DNA of 64,000 nucleotides from IMG/VR virus record IMGVR_UViG_3300050122_000263, positions 1 to 64,000 of that record; one strand, 5' to 3'. Shown piece by piece: positions 49,530 to 58,902 of this stretch (position 1 is its first letter; each line of letters starts with the position of its first letter). The notes under the pieces were generated by a model. It saw only the letters and a program-made list of their open reading frames with translations, ran no database searches and was not told where the DNA came from. The position numbers and the translations under genes were made by a program.

Positions 49530-52208
49530 ATGCAAGAACCCAGCCATTTGCAGCTCAATGTGCCGAAAGTTCAGCTTTTAATTCCTCTGCCTGTAGCTGC
49601 AGCCGTCTCGCGAGTTTTTGAGCGACAAATCAAATTCAACCAAGCGACCGGCTCCAATAAGTACTACTTTGGCATCAGTGAGAATGAATTACCTGAGCCT
49701 ATGGAGCCTGCTAGTAGCCAAGCCTTCGTTGGGTATCTCAGATACTTGTTTGATCTAGGCGGTTTACCCCAAGTCTACGACCCTATTGCTCTGAACAACG
49801 TCTTTTCTGTCATCATCCGGCTTGACTATCACAATGAGGCTAAGTTGAAAGAACTGATTGAACTTCATTTAGACAAAGCAGCCTTGGGAGAGTTACTACC
49901 AGTTGAGTTGATAATTGTAGCATTCAGATTATCACCCGGTAGGGTCACAAGCTACCTGCATAATCTGAGTAATGCTCTCTACCGTGACGACGCCTTCACT
50001 CCTCAGGTTATTCGTTATTTCTTCACGTTGATTCAACACAACCAACAGCTAGCTTTAGCCCTGCAACCAGATGGCTATCCTCTCGTCTACCCAGAACGCA
50101 TTGAGCGCTATGCAGCCAATCTCTTCCTGTTGAATCCGCTCCACTTACCCACCGACCCTGAGGACCCGAAGCTGTTGGAGGATTACACCGCCAGTACTCC
50201 AGTCACTGCCATCCCGACTATCACCTACGACTTTGATATTAACAAGCAACCATTACCAATCCCCGATCCACCTCCTAGTAGAGCTCTGGTAGCCAGTAGA
50301 GAAGTTGTGATAACTCGGCTGTTAGAGGTTTTCCCTGAACTGCTGGCAATAAATGACAGAGCAAATAGTTACATATCTGACCTTAGGCTGCAGGCAGCGA
50401 AGCTCGGATATGTGATTTCCGGCGATCTATCCGCTATTCTGGATGACTGGGCCTTCAAGCGTTACAAACGAGACATCAGCATCACAATCACAATCTACGG
50501 TGAGAGTCATGAACAACGTGTAGCTTTTATGCGCTATCTTCGCGGGGAGTTAGGCCGCATCATGGGAATAGGAATAGAACCAGGCAGAGAGCGAGGTGAG
50601 GCCATCTACAAGGGTGAGTTTGTTTTCTTCCGCGGTGCTTCTGTAACTCGCCTCTTCTTCGCTGTAAGGCTGGCTCTTAGCAAGGCAGCTACACCTATAG
50701 CTCTTCTTGCCTCCTTCCCCCTCTCCTCGATGCAGATAGGTTATGATCTTCATCAGGGTCTAGTCTGTACACCGGCCTTTGCTCTCTACTATCCTCTACG
50801 CGTTTCGTTATTGATGCAAGCTAAGGTGCAGACCCATTTCCTAGTGCGAGCTGCCTTCCGCGGGTTCACTATTCAGTCGATTTCTTTATCTGGTCTCCTT
50901 AACGCCACCTACATCACGGATGAAGGTGCTATCGAAATGGCTCTTGGTGCTGCCGATACATACCTTCCAACAGAGTATATCAGTAAACCTATCCTGCGTG
51001 CTAGCGAGCCCCTGTTTCTCTATCATCAATCTCAAGATCTAGGACCACTTAATGATGTGGATTGGCCTCACGCTACCAGTCCCGGCTATCCTGGGGCAGA
51101 GTATAACTATTTCTTACGTCCCTACCTCGATCCTATAGAGGTGGGTTATTGGAAACCACTTGAGTTGATAGAAGAAGTAGCGGAAACACGGGAGCAAGGA
51201 ATCGAATTTTTAGAATCTCCCTCTACTAGAATTTATAGAGTTGCAGTTACAAACCATCAACTTGTTGATGTTCAACGTTATCCACTCTCTCATTATAGGA
51301 AGAGCCTAGAGGATGTCGCTAACTATGGTCACCTTCAAAATCTACAACTTGATAGTTTCACACAGGTGGGTTCTCGCTTCCTCATGCGCAATTGCCAACT
51401 CAATTTACGTCAGAATTATGCCTTCCCGATGGGGCAAGCACCGAGAAATATACAAACAAGAGAAACCTGGCACGTTGGGGAAGCAATGCCCTCTATCCCT
51501 CCAATTATGATTCCCCAGCTGCCGGACGTTGCGTACCCAGTGGGTGAACTTGCAGTAATTCAAAATCCCTATATGCAAGGTGAGCGCCGAGTTACCCAGA
51601 TTCCCTATCCCGGACCCCTTGAACATCCTGAACTGTTAGTACCGGGTGAGACAGAATATCCAGTTCATCTCAGTGGTATTATTGAGCTGCGACCACCACT
51701 GCATGAATTAGAACAGAACAACATCAACAACGAGCTGCCTAATCTATATGAGCCGCTAGTTGTGGAGCAAGCTGAGCCGATCATCACGATTAACATAGCT
51801 ACTCGCCAAGATTTTGAGCAGTTGTCGCAACTGTTGTATTCAGCGGATGCCCTTTATCAGGCCGAAGCTCACGCTATCAATATTCTAAGTACAATTTATG
51901 GGTGGATGGCCGGCAGAATACCAGGTACTCCCGAAGAGAGAACTCAAAGATTCCGACAAGATGTGGCCGCTGTACTGCCAACCAATCTACGTAACTTAGC
52001 ACAGTTGCCCCGTTATATACGGGTAGAGATGGACGTCATGATTGGTTACTGGCTCTTCCAAGATGAGACAGGCCGCGTACTAGCCCGTGATGAGGTGATC
52101 GGTAAGGCAGGGGCTGAGTTCAATTTACTACTTGCAAGATTGAACTCAGTCTTGGGAACAGATGCAGACAGTTTCATCATTCTCAATGGCTTCCGTGTTA
52201 TGGAGTGA
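49530..52208 (+). CDS. Family A paralog 3 (NTase motifs degenerate)
   Basis: QIKFNQATGSNKYYF, LQPDGYP..ERIE..NLFLLNPL, GYVISGDL...ITIYG, FPLSSMQIGYD, PELLVPGETEYPVHLSGI; ATG at 49530. Confidence 0.75.
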   Translation: MQEPSHLQLNVPKVQLLIPLPVAAAVSRVFERQIKFNQATGSNKYYFGISENELPEPMEPASSQAFVGYLRYLFDLGGLPQVYDPIALNNVFSVIIRLDYHNEAKLKELIELHLDKAALGELLPVELIIVAFRLSPGRVTSYLHNLSNALYRDDAFTPQVIRYFFTLIQHNQQLALALQPDGYPLVYPERIERYAANLFLLNPLHLPTDPEDPKLLEDYTASTPVTAIPTITYDFDINKQPLPIPDPPPSRALVASREVVITRLLEVFPELLAINDRANSYISDLRLQAAKLGYVISGDLSAILDDWAFKRYKRDISITITIYGESHEQRVAFMRYLRGELGRIMGIGIEPGRERGEAIYKGEFVFFRGASVTRLFFAVRLALSKAATPIALLASFPLSSMQIGYDLHQGLVCTPAFALYYPLRVSLLMQAKVQTHFLVRAAFRGFTIQSISLSGLLNATYITDEGAIEMALGAADTYLPTEYISKPILRASEPLFLYHQSQDLGPLNDVDWPHATSPGYPGAEYNYFLRPYLDPIEVGYWKPLELIEEVAETREQGIEFLESPSTRIYRVAVTNHQLVDVQRYPLSHYRKSLEDVANYGHLQNLQLDSFTQVGSRFLMRNCQLNLRQNYAFPMGQAPRNIQTRETWHVGEAMPSIPPIMIPQLPDVAYPVGELAVIQNPYMQGERRVTQIPYPGPLEHPELLVPGETEYPVHLSGIIELRPPLHELEQNNINNELPNLYEPLVVEQAEPIITINIATRQDFEQLSQLLYSADALYQAEAHAINILSTIYGWMAGRIPGTPEERTQRFRQDVAAVLPTNLRNLAQLPRYIRVEMDVMIGYWLFQDETGRVLARDEVIGKAGAEFNLLLARLNSVLGTDADSFIILNGFRVME

Positions 52209-52220
52209 TTTGTTAAAAAA

Positions 52221-52240
52221 ACATATCTTGTAAGATATGT
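52221..52240 (+). terminator. 3' hairpin
   Basis: ACATATCTT-GT-AAGATATGT preceded by an A-run. Confidence 0.65.
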
Positions 52241-52472
52241 AGCGTTGAGTTAAGATATGCAAAGCTTTGTTAGGACATGTAACTTATTCTGTTATATAAC
52301 TCTACTATTATTCCCTCTGATTAATGATAAATAGTTAGGAGTAGAATTAGAATATAATATCATTGGGAATTAATACCGCTGTCTACAAATATGTCATTTC
52401 AGACTGATCAGCCTCACAGTGTTAATCAAAAGGCCTAAATCGGTGATAACACTCACACAAATTCTCACTACC

Positions 52473-53132
52473 ATGCTAGACCCAGAAGATCGTGATGATC
52501 TGGATGAACTTGTTGAGGATTTAGCTGAAGCCTTGGCCGATTTCCATGAACAAGTCACCACAGCTTTGTCCAAGAAGAATGACTCTGAGTTGCGCACACT
52601 GTTGAATGATGGTCTTATACCCAGCAAACTGAGAGTCTTAGCGTTAGAGATCAAGACAATCGGTAAAGAAGTTACCTCTCATTACACAGTTCTTCTTGAG
52701 CAGTACAAAAGTACTTATTCGGTGGAAGAAGAACGGTTAGAAGCGGCCTTAACAAAGCTTGGGCGAGGTAAACAGATAGATGTGGATAATATTCCTCTTT
52801 CCGAGATTATCTATATGCCAACTACCAAGGTGATCCAGGATGGTATTGTTATTCAGAAGCAGGATATCGAAACACTTATCGACATGGAATATCAGATTTC
52901 TCAGATCAAAGCGGTGGGCCAAGAGACGATAGTAGAGCTTCACCAACAAGAGGAACGCTTACTTTTCGCCGCCGAAGGTGTGGGCACCGTTAAGGGCAAT
53001 CTGCGGCGTGGGGCTAGACAACTGCGCACCATTGGACGCGGTTTAACAAGGGACAAGTTAACTCGCGCCTTCTGCTTGTTGGTCATGCTGGCTATCATCG
53101 CAGTTATAGTGGTCTATGGTGTGTATAAATAA
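52473..53132 (+). CDS. Tail-anchored Qb-type SNARE (Vti1/NPSN-like)
   Basis: N-terminal helical bundle; heptads VGQETIVELHQQEERL...NLRRGARQLRTIGRGLTRDK then a C-terminal TM helix ending at the last residues. Confidence 0.85.
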   Translation: MLDPEDRDDLDELVEDLAEALADFHEQVTTALSKKNDSELRTLLNDGLIPSKLRVLALEIKTIGKEVTSHYTVLLEQYKSTYSVEEERLEAALTKLGRGKQIDVDNIPLSEIIYMPTTKVIQDGIVIQKQDIETLIDMEYQISQIKAVGQETIVELHQQEERLLFAAEGVGTVKGNLRRGARQLRTIGRGLTRDKLTRAFCLLVMLAIIAVIVVYGVYK

Positions 53133-53134
53133 AA

Positions 53135-53154
53135 ACATCTCACAGTGGAGATGT
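53135..53154 (+). terminator. 3' hairpin of SNARE gene
   Basis: ACATCTC-ACAGTG-GAGATGT. Confidence 0.5.
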
Positions 53155-53184
53155 CTTGAAAATGTCCAGAAATAATCAGATTAT

Positions 53185-53502
53185 ATGAGCTCATATAATC
53201 AAAAGATGACCGAACTGGAAGCATTTGTAAATACGTTTGATTGGGCTCAGACAGAAGATGTAAACAGAGAGATCCAAGAGACGAGGACTAGAATGAAAGA
53301 GCTTGAAGCCAGACCTACCAAGCTCCCTAGTTATAACGAAGAGCGTTTATTGCTACTTAAACAACTTACACTTCTATTGGAGACAAAACTTGCCCTCATA
53401 GCTCGTATGTATGTTAGAGATAAAGGTATTCTACTAACCTCTAGACCTGCGAAGGCATCTCCGGTTAGACGACGAAATAGATCCTTGCAAGGAGATGAGT
53501 AG
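53185..53502 (+). CDS. Small coiled-coil protein
   Basis: 105-aa helical ORF. Confidence 0.6.
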   Translation: MSSYNQKMTELEAFVNTFDWAQTEDVNREIQETRTRMKELEARPTKLPSYNEERLLLLKQLTLLLETKLALIARMYVRDKGILLTSRPAKASPVRRRNRSLQGDE

Positions 53503-53520
53503 CATTGTAGCTGTAACATT

Positions 53521-53546
53521 AAAAACATCACATCTGTGATGTTTTT
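53521..53546. terminator. 3' hairpin between convergent genes
   Basis: AAAAACATCACA-TC-TGTGATGTTTTT. Confidence 0.75.
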
Positions 53547-54365
53547 TTACACAATATCCACTAAGTGAAGGGACTCTTCTGTCAGTTTATTCTCATCAAA
53601 CTGTGCTTGGTGTAACAAGAACTGGTAGGTCGTGTTGGCATAACGCACGTGTACTTGTATGACATAACCCTCGGGTTGTTTAGGAATACACTTATCTAAA
53701 ACAGTCTCTGTTGAGAAAAAGCCGTAGCAGTAAGGCAGAGAATTGGGCATATCTTGATGCAGCTTGAAGCAGATGCTCTGTCCCACTTTAGCCTGTTGCT
53801 CCAGGCCTCGGAAGAGCTTGATCAGTTTAAGAGCCAGATCGGCCGGCACGGCTCCTCTTACGGAACTAACAGCCAACTGCCAGCAGTGAGCGCCCTTGTG
53901 CTGAAACTTCTTGCCGACGATCTCATCCTCCGGTAGTAAGCGTGTAATTTCATTGAGGCTTGTTGAGTCTGCTTCAGTGAAGTCAAGATATGTTAGCCCT
54001 CTGCTGAGGAAAGCTTCTAGTTTAGTCCAGATGAAGTAGCCAGTACCTCCTATCTGCGCTTCCACAGGAAAGCTACCATTCGGGCAGTTCTTCTGCATGA
54101 ACTCTCGATAGGTGGCATTTGAATACTTGGCTATGAGTCTAGGGGCCACATGGATCGACAAACCTTGTTCAGTTCTCAGTCCTTCTGCTATCAAATAAGC
54201 GACTTTCTTCTTGAGGTCTGGTAACAGAGTTTCCCGCATAAGAGGATGCTGGTCTAAACCGGCCCTGAATTTATTTAGCACATCAGCCAGAATAGTTCGA
54301 AGCTGCTTGATCTGGGGTGGCAATTCTGTTGGGGTGTAATTGGTGGTGCTGGTGTTCTCTGTCAT
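53547..54365 (-). CDS. Family C paralog 1, unknown function
   Basis: Shares EF.Q..CP...FPVE, W.KL..FL, CWQ, LPYCYG, D.NKL...SL with 57939. Confidence 0.75.
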   Translation of the reverse strand: MTENTSTTNYTPTELPPQIKQLRTILADVLNKFRAGLDQHPLMRETLLPDLKKKVAYLIAEGLRTEQGLSIHVAPRLIAKYSNATYREFMQKNCPNGSFPVEAQIGGTGYFIWTKLEAFLSRGLTYLDFTEADSTSLNEITRLLPEDEIVGKKFQHKGAHCWQLAVSSVRGAVPADLALKLIKLFRGLEQQAKVGQSICFKLHQDMPNSLPYCYGFFSTETVLDKCIPKQPEGYVIQVHVRYANTTYQFLLHQAQFDENKLTEESLHLVDIV

Positions 54366-54592
54366 GGGCGTCTTTACTGCTCGCTTAAGAATGAGATGGT
54401 GAATAACAATTTTTCCTCCTCTGTTTAATTTGTCTCATTTACTGGAGGCTGATCAATGGAAAGAGTTCTCTTATGAGACATATTTATAACCACGGCAATA
54501 TAGATGGGAACATTACTATTATAACAGTAATAATATTTTTGTAGACATGAGAGGAATTAAAGGGGCGATTTTACAGGCTGAGATGTAACATT

Positions 54593-55738
54593 CTAATACC
54601 CAGCCAAAGCTGTAGATAGCATCTGTATCAGTGTTTGGAAGTCATGGTCAGTGATATGTCGTTCATCGATCTGTTTAACATACTCACTGTACTGGGCCAA
54701 CAGGTTTCCAGCCGGCCATGCACGCCATTTTTGGATGTGGCGGTAGTTGAATGATGTCTCGATAAGTTCTTTGAGTTCTTCCGCTCCAGGTTGATTGAGC
54801 AACAACCAATACATAGTGTAGCTGAGCTCAATAAGTTCATTGCGCATTGTTGTGACTTGCTTGGTTTCTACCACTTGTGATGTCCATGCGGGTGACCAGA
54901 CGAGTCTCACAAAACCGTAGTAAAGTTTATCTGTTGACAACCCCTCCCAATCCATTAGGAAGTATTCAGCGCTACCATCTTCGTTGACTCGCTTCAAAAT
55001 ATTATCTGGCTTAATGTCAGAGTGAACGCCATTTCCACTCAGTTTGCGTAGGGCTTCTAGAATAGCCACTCCAACCGCATATGGATTATCCATGGGATCT
55101 AACACAAACAATTTCTCCAGAACTAGCGCACGTGTACCCCAGAAAGTGAAATCGAAGGACATCCAGGGTGTGGGAATGCCGAACTGAAGCACAGTCTGCC
55201 AGTTATTTATTTCCTTCGTAATATCAACCGCCTCTGCGCTATGTATCCATTTCACGACAACTTCTCTGCCATTCAAATTGCCCAGGTATACGTTCTGATC
55301 TTCTTGAATGCTTAGAGATTTGACCAGATATATACGGTTACCCTCATTATCTATCGCATACAATTTCTGCAGTTGTTCCGGCGTAGTTACCAATTCAGCC
55401 ATCCTATCAGGATAGGGGTGTAAATTCTTAACCTCACTTAAAATAAGATAAGAATATTCTGTCGATGAGAGCTGGTGCCTGTTGAAGCGAATCAGAATAT
55501 CCTTCAGCTGCTCGAAGATACTCGTTAACTCGGCCGGTGAGAGTGTGTAATACTCAGCGATAAGTTGTTCTATCAAAGCCGAGGGATATGAGGACATCTC
55601 TTTCAAATAAAAGTCTGCAAAGTCAAAGTCCTTGTCTCGAGGGACAATAGTCTTGAACTCTATCAAAGATTGCGGCCAGGGCAGGGGTGTGATCTTGTCA
55701 CGAGTCATAACGACTTGATTAACAAAATGGGCCCACAT
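54593..55738 (-). CDS. Atypical protein kinase-like protein
   Basis: VYLG..NGREVVVKW, GVHSDIKPDNIL, YFLMDWEG; no APE motif seen. Confidence 0.8.
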   Translation of the reverse strand: MWAHFVNQVVMTRDKITPLPWPQSLIEFKTIVPRDKDFDFADFYLKEMSSYPSALIEQLIAEYYTLSPAELTSIFEQLKDILIRFNRHQLSSTEYSYLILSEVKNLHPYPDRMAELVTTPEQLQKLYAIDNEGNRIYLVKSLSIQEDQNVYLGNLNGREVVVKWIHSAEAVDITKEINNWQTVLQFGIPTPWMSFDFTFWGTRALVLEKLFVLDPMDNPYAVGVAILEALRKLSGNGVHSDIKPDNILKRVNEDGSAEYFLMDWEGLSTDKLYYGFVRLVWSPAWTSQVVETKQVTTMRNELIELSYTMYWLLLNQPGAEELKELIETSFNYRHIQKWRAWPAGNLLAQYSEYVKQIDERHITDHDFQTLIQMLSTALAGY

Positions 55739-55791
55739 TCTTTACTTTGAATTTGTTCGTTTAATATTTTCAACAAACTTCTCACTTCGAA

Positions 55792-55815
55792 TAACAACAC
55801 CAACCAGTGTTGTTA
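55792..55815. other. Hairpin in divergent intergenic region
   Basis: TAACAACAC-CAACCA-GTGTTGTTA. Confidence 0.5.
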
Positions 55816-56001
55816 ACTCCATGTTCCACATTTATTACGGTATAGCTGGTGATAAAAAACATATTCAAATACATATCACATAGTCGGGGCCAGATAGACG
55901 GAGATCTCGTGATTATAATAACAACGGCATTTTACGAGCCGCACGGCAAATGTTAAAAAATGATCGGAGAAAATAAAAATTTAAAAAGAAACAAAGACGC
56001 A

Positions 56002-56199
56002 ATGTCCGGCAATCCCAAGAGTCAAATCAGCTCCTACGCGAAAGAATCTGCGATGGATCAAGGCTTCGTACCCGGTTCGAAGGGAGGGAACGATTACGTG
56101 CAGAGAGAGGTTCTTCCATTCGTCCAGGAGAGACACAGTGATAATTACAATATAGGATACAATCCTATGTCCAACCAGTGGACAGTGCAGAAGAAGTAA
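56002..56199 (+). CDS. Small hydrophilic protein (65 aa)
   Basis: ATG at 56002 (MSGNPKSQ...). Confidence 0.55.
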   Translation: MSGNPKSQISSYAKESAMDQGFVPGSKGGNDYVQREVLPFVQERHSDNYNIGYNPMSNQWTVQKK

Positions 56200-56278
56200 T
56201 ATTTAAAAAGTATTATCGTGTGACTCGTGGAAATTACCCACCTCCAATAAAAAATATTCATATCAATGAACATTTGGC

Positions 56279-57337
56279 TTAACGATCCTGACATATTTCT
56301 CTCGTTCTCTGTTTGCGTCTACCGGCCCCAGCCGTTTTGGAAGAATTTCGTGGTCGAACAGGAAACGTCGCTGTCAGGTTATAGGTCTCATCTATTCGCC
56401 CCTCCCGGAGAAGAGCGCTCATATTCTCCTGCGAGAGAAAATCTCGTTGATTTGCCGTCATCACCACGATAGAATGAGGTGGCAAGCGAGCGGGGCCGTC
56501 CAGCGCAGTTAACAAACCATATTCTGTGACAGAGCCTATTGCCTCCTCAGACAGGAAATATTTGTCTATTTCATCGAAGACAATCAAAGATCGAGGTGGA
56601 AGAACCCCGATTAATTGCAACAGATCAGAATCAGACATTTTCCGATGATTGAGGCATATTTGATAGATGCTCATGGAAAATTCGTTAGCTATACAGCTCA
56701 CAAGCGAAGTCTTCCCTGTCCCTGGGGGACCCCACAGCAGATAACCTCGGCGGTGAGGTTGGCCAATCTCCTTGTAATTTTTGGCTTGACTGCCAAAATC
56801 TCGACAATCAGCCAAAACTTCCGACATCTTCTCTGTGAGGAAGCTGACCGGTGTCAAAGTTACTTCTCTCTGGGTGGGATAGGACCACTCACAACCCTTC
56901 GATGTGTAAATGTAGCAGATCTTAGTGGGATCGTTATGGCGTCTATATATCTCCTTGTGCAGTTGTTTTAACTGCGCCTTGGAATCGCCGTGGTAACCGG
57001 GAAGACGATAAAACCAGAAAGAAATCGTCTTCTCTTGCACTTGTACATGCAGCGTATTATCGTCGATGCTGATCGTATAATCGCCTTCTGGCATATCATA
57101 CTCTGGCTCGGCATCTCCGTCGCGGACCATAGTTGCCGTATCCTTGCATTGTTTACGCAGCTCTTGCATGATGCCATGAGTAGCCTTGTGCTCTTTCTCG
57201 CGATCAATAATCAGCTCATCATAGAAGTAACTTTTGGTCCCTGAAGTGATGGCCGATATATACTCCTTGATCGGTTCGGAGAAAATGCTAATACCAAGCC
57301 CCGTTAGAACAGCCACTATAATGGCTGTATTGGCCAT
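56279..57337 (-). CDS. BCS1-like AAA+ ATPase with N-terminal TM anchor
   Basis: HRRGYLLWGPPGTGKTSL, IVFDEID, GLLTALDG, VMTAN, ALLREGRID; TM at MANTAIIVAVLTGLGISIF (ATG 57337). Confidence 0.88.
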   Translation of the reverse strand: MANTAIIVAVLTGLGISIFSEPIKEYISAITSGTKSYFYDELIIDREKEHKATHGIMQELRKQCKDTATMVRDGDAEPEYDMPEGDYTISIDDNTLHVQVQEKTISFWFYRLPGYHGDSKAQLKQLHKEIYRRHNDPTKICYIYTSKGCEWSYPTQREVTLTPVSFLTEKMSEVLADCRDFGSQAKNYKEIGQPHRRGYLLWGPPGTGKTSLVSCIANEFSMSIYQICLNHRKMSDSDLLQLIGVLPPRSLIVFDEIDKYFLSEEAIGSVTEYGLLTALDGPARLPPHSIVVMTANQRDFLSQENMSALLREGRIDETYNLTATFPVRPRNSSKTAGAGRRKQRTREICQDR

Positions 57338-57492
57338 CCTGTGCTGTTTTTCTGGGAAGCAGAATTCTATTTTTCCGATCAGTTGTCTACTAACAGCGAA
57401 AAAAATGGAAAGGACGGAATAAGCGTAAAAATGATTGTGCTGATCAGAATTTCCCTCGTTCCAAAGCAACTTTTCCTTCCTTGCCGGAGAAC

Positions 57493-57810
57493 ATGTCAGG
57501 AAAACAAATGTTATCACGCCCTCCCGTTATGGGAATCATGAAACCTGGAATGGAAATGCGCGCCAAACCTGTTCCTCCACGTCCAGCTCCCATCGGCAAA
57601 GTAGCTTGCGGAAAATGCGGTGGTGCGGGAAATCTTGGACAAGAGATGGGGATTGAAACATGCCCAACCTGTGCTGGAACTGGTCGCGACAATAAATCCG
57701 ATTGTTGGTCTGAGCCCTGTCGTGGCCGCTGTAATGGTACCGGCAAAGTAACCTATTGTCGTGCGAAGATTTGCCCCATCTGTCGCGGTGCCGGCTTTGT
57801 TCGCGGTTAA
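57493..57810 (+). CDS. Stand-alone DnaJ-type zinc-finger protein
   Basis: Four CxxCxGxG-type repeats: CGKCGGAG, CPTCAGTG, CRGRCNGTG, CPICRGAG; no J domain (no HPD). Confidence 0.8.
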   Translation: MSGKQMLSRPPVMGIMKPGMEMRAKPVPPRPAPIGKVACGKCGGAGNLGQEMGIETCPTCAGTGRDNKSDCWSEPCRGRCNGTGKVTYCRAKICPICRGAGFVRG

Positions 57811-57843
57811 GGTGGGTGAGAGTAAAGGGGTGATTGTAGGTAA

Positions 57844-57892
57844 GTGTAAGATATGTGTGTAAGATATGTGTGTAAGATATGTGTGTAAGATA
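57844..57892. repeat. 13-bp tandem repeat, about 3.8 copies
   Basis: GTGTAAGATATGT x3 plus GTGTAAGATA. Confidence 0.9.
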
Positions 57893-57905
57893 GATAGGTG
57901 AGTGT

Positions 57906-57930
57906 AAATATACCTTTGTAAGGTATATTT
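57906..57930. terminator. 3' hairpin between convergent genes
   Basis: AAATATACCTT-TGT-AAGGTATATTT. Confidence 0.7.
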
Positions 57931-57938
57931 GTTAGTTT

Positions 57939-58748
57939 TTACAAATCTCCAAGGAACCAGAGGGAGGTCTTGCTCAACTTGTTCCGATCATAATGCTCCC
58001 GGTCGAGCGCGAAGCGGAAGCTGAGATTATTGAAGTTGAGTGTTACCTGGACAGAGTACTTGGCTGGAATCTTCTCTGGAATAGGTGCTCCTGGCTGCAA
58101 ATATCCATAACAGTAGGGTAGAGCTTCCTTAGCATCTTGATAGATAGAGAAAACGACCTCTTTACCAGCTGGCAAGGCTATCAGGACCTTACGATGTGCC
58201 TCGAACAGAACCAGAATAATATCGCTCGGTTTGGCACAATGTCCGACTAGCTGAGGCATCTGCCAACAATAGTAATCCTTCATGGGAGGCGGATATTTCT
58301 TGGCCTTCACCTCTTGTCCATCTAACAAGATAATTTGCTCGGCAAAACTGGCATCGATTGGTACTATATCCTTCTCCGTCAGAGTTTTGCCGAGAAAGGG
58401 CTTTAGCTTGACCCAAAAGAAATTGGTGGATCCGTCTTTCTCCACTTCCACTGGGAAGCAGTCAGCCGGGCAGCTCTCTTGCAAAAACTCGCCGTAAGCT
58501 GCTTCAACATGACAGCCTATCTTCTTAAACGAGATACAGTAGGTGGCGTCTTCCTCGCCAGTCTTAATTGTGATATTGATAAGGGCCAATTTCTTCTTCA
58601 AGGTGGAAATTAGCTGATCTCTCCATTCAAGCTGAGAATTGAGTTGTTCTCGGTAGATGTTCAGTAACGCGTGCAGAGTGGAAGGTAGCTTGGATTTAGC
58701 GGGCTTTGCTTCAGATTGACTAGCAACTGGCTTATCACACTCTTGCAT
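57939..58748 (-). CDS. Family C paralog 2, unknown function
   Basis: Block similarity to 53547..54365. Confidence 0.75.
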   Translation of the reverse strand: MQECDKPVASQSEAKPAKSKLPSTLHALLNIYREQLNSQLEWRDQLISTLKKKLALINITIKTGEEDATYCISFKKIGCHVEAAYGEFLQESCPADCFPVEVEKDGSTNFFWVKLKPFLGKTLTEKDIVPIDASFAEQIILLDGQEVKAKKYPPPMKDYYCWQMPQLVGHCAKPSDIILVLFEAHRKVLIALPAGKEVVFSIYQDAKEALPYCYGYLQPGAPIPEKIPAKYSVQVTLNFNNLSFRFALDREHYDRNKLSKTSLWFLGDL

Positions 58749-58805
58749 AACCTGTTTTGCTCAGAGCTGTTAATATGAAAGGGAGAAACACTTTCACTTT
58801 GCTAC

Positions 58806-58813
58806 TCAATTTT
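58806..58813 (-). promoter_or_regulatory. AAAATTGA motif
   Basis: Exact octamer on minus strand about 57 nt upstream of ATG 58748. Confidence 0.45.
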
Positions 58814-58902
58814 CTCCATTATTTCGATAAGCAATTATAACTGAGAGTACTGTGTCTGGCTCCCCATAAATTATCATAAACGCTGCTCAAACCTGGCAAA
58901 GC

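Noticed and set aside
57844-57892. Possible CRISPR-like array
   Set aside because: Head-to-tail 13-bp units with no spacers and no cas genes.
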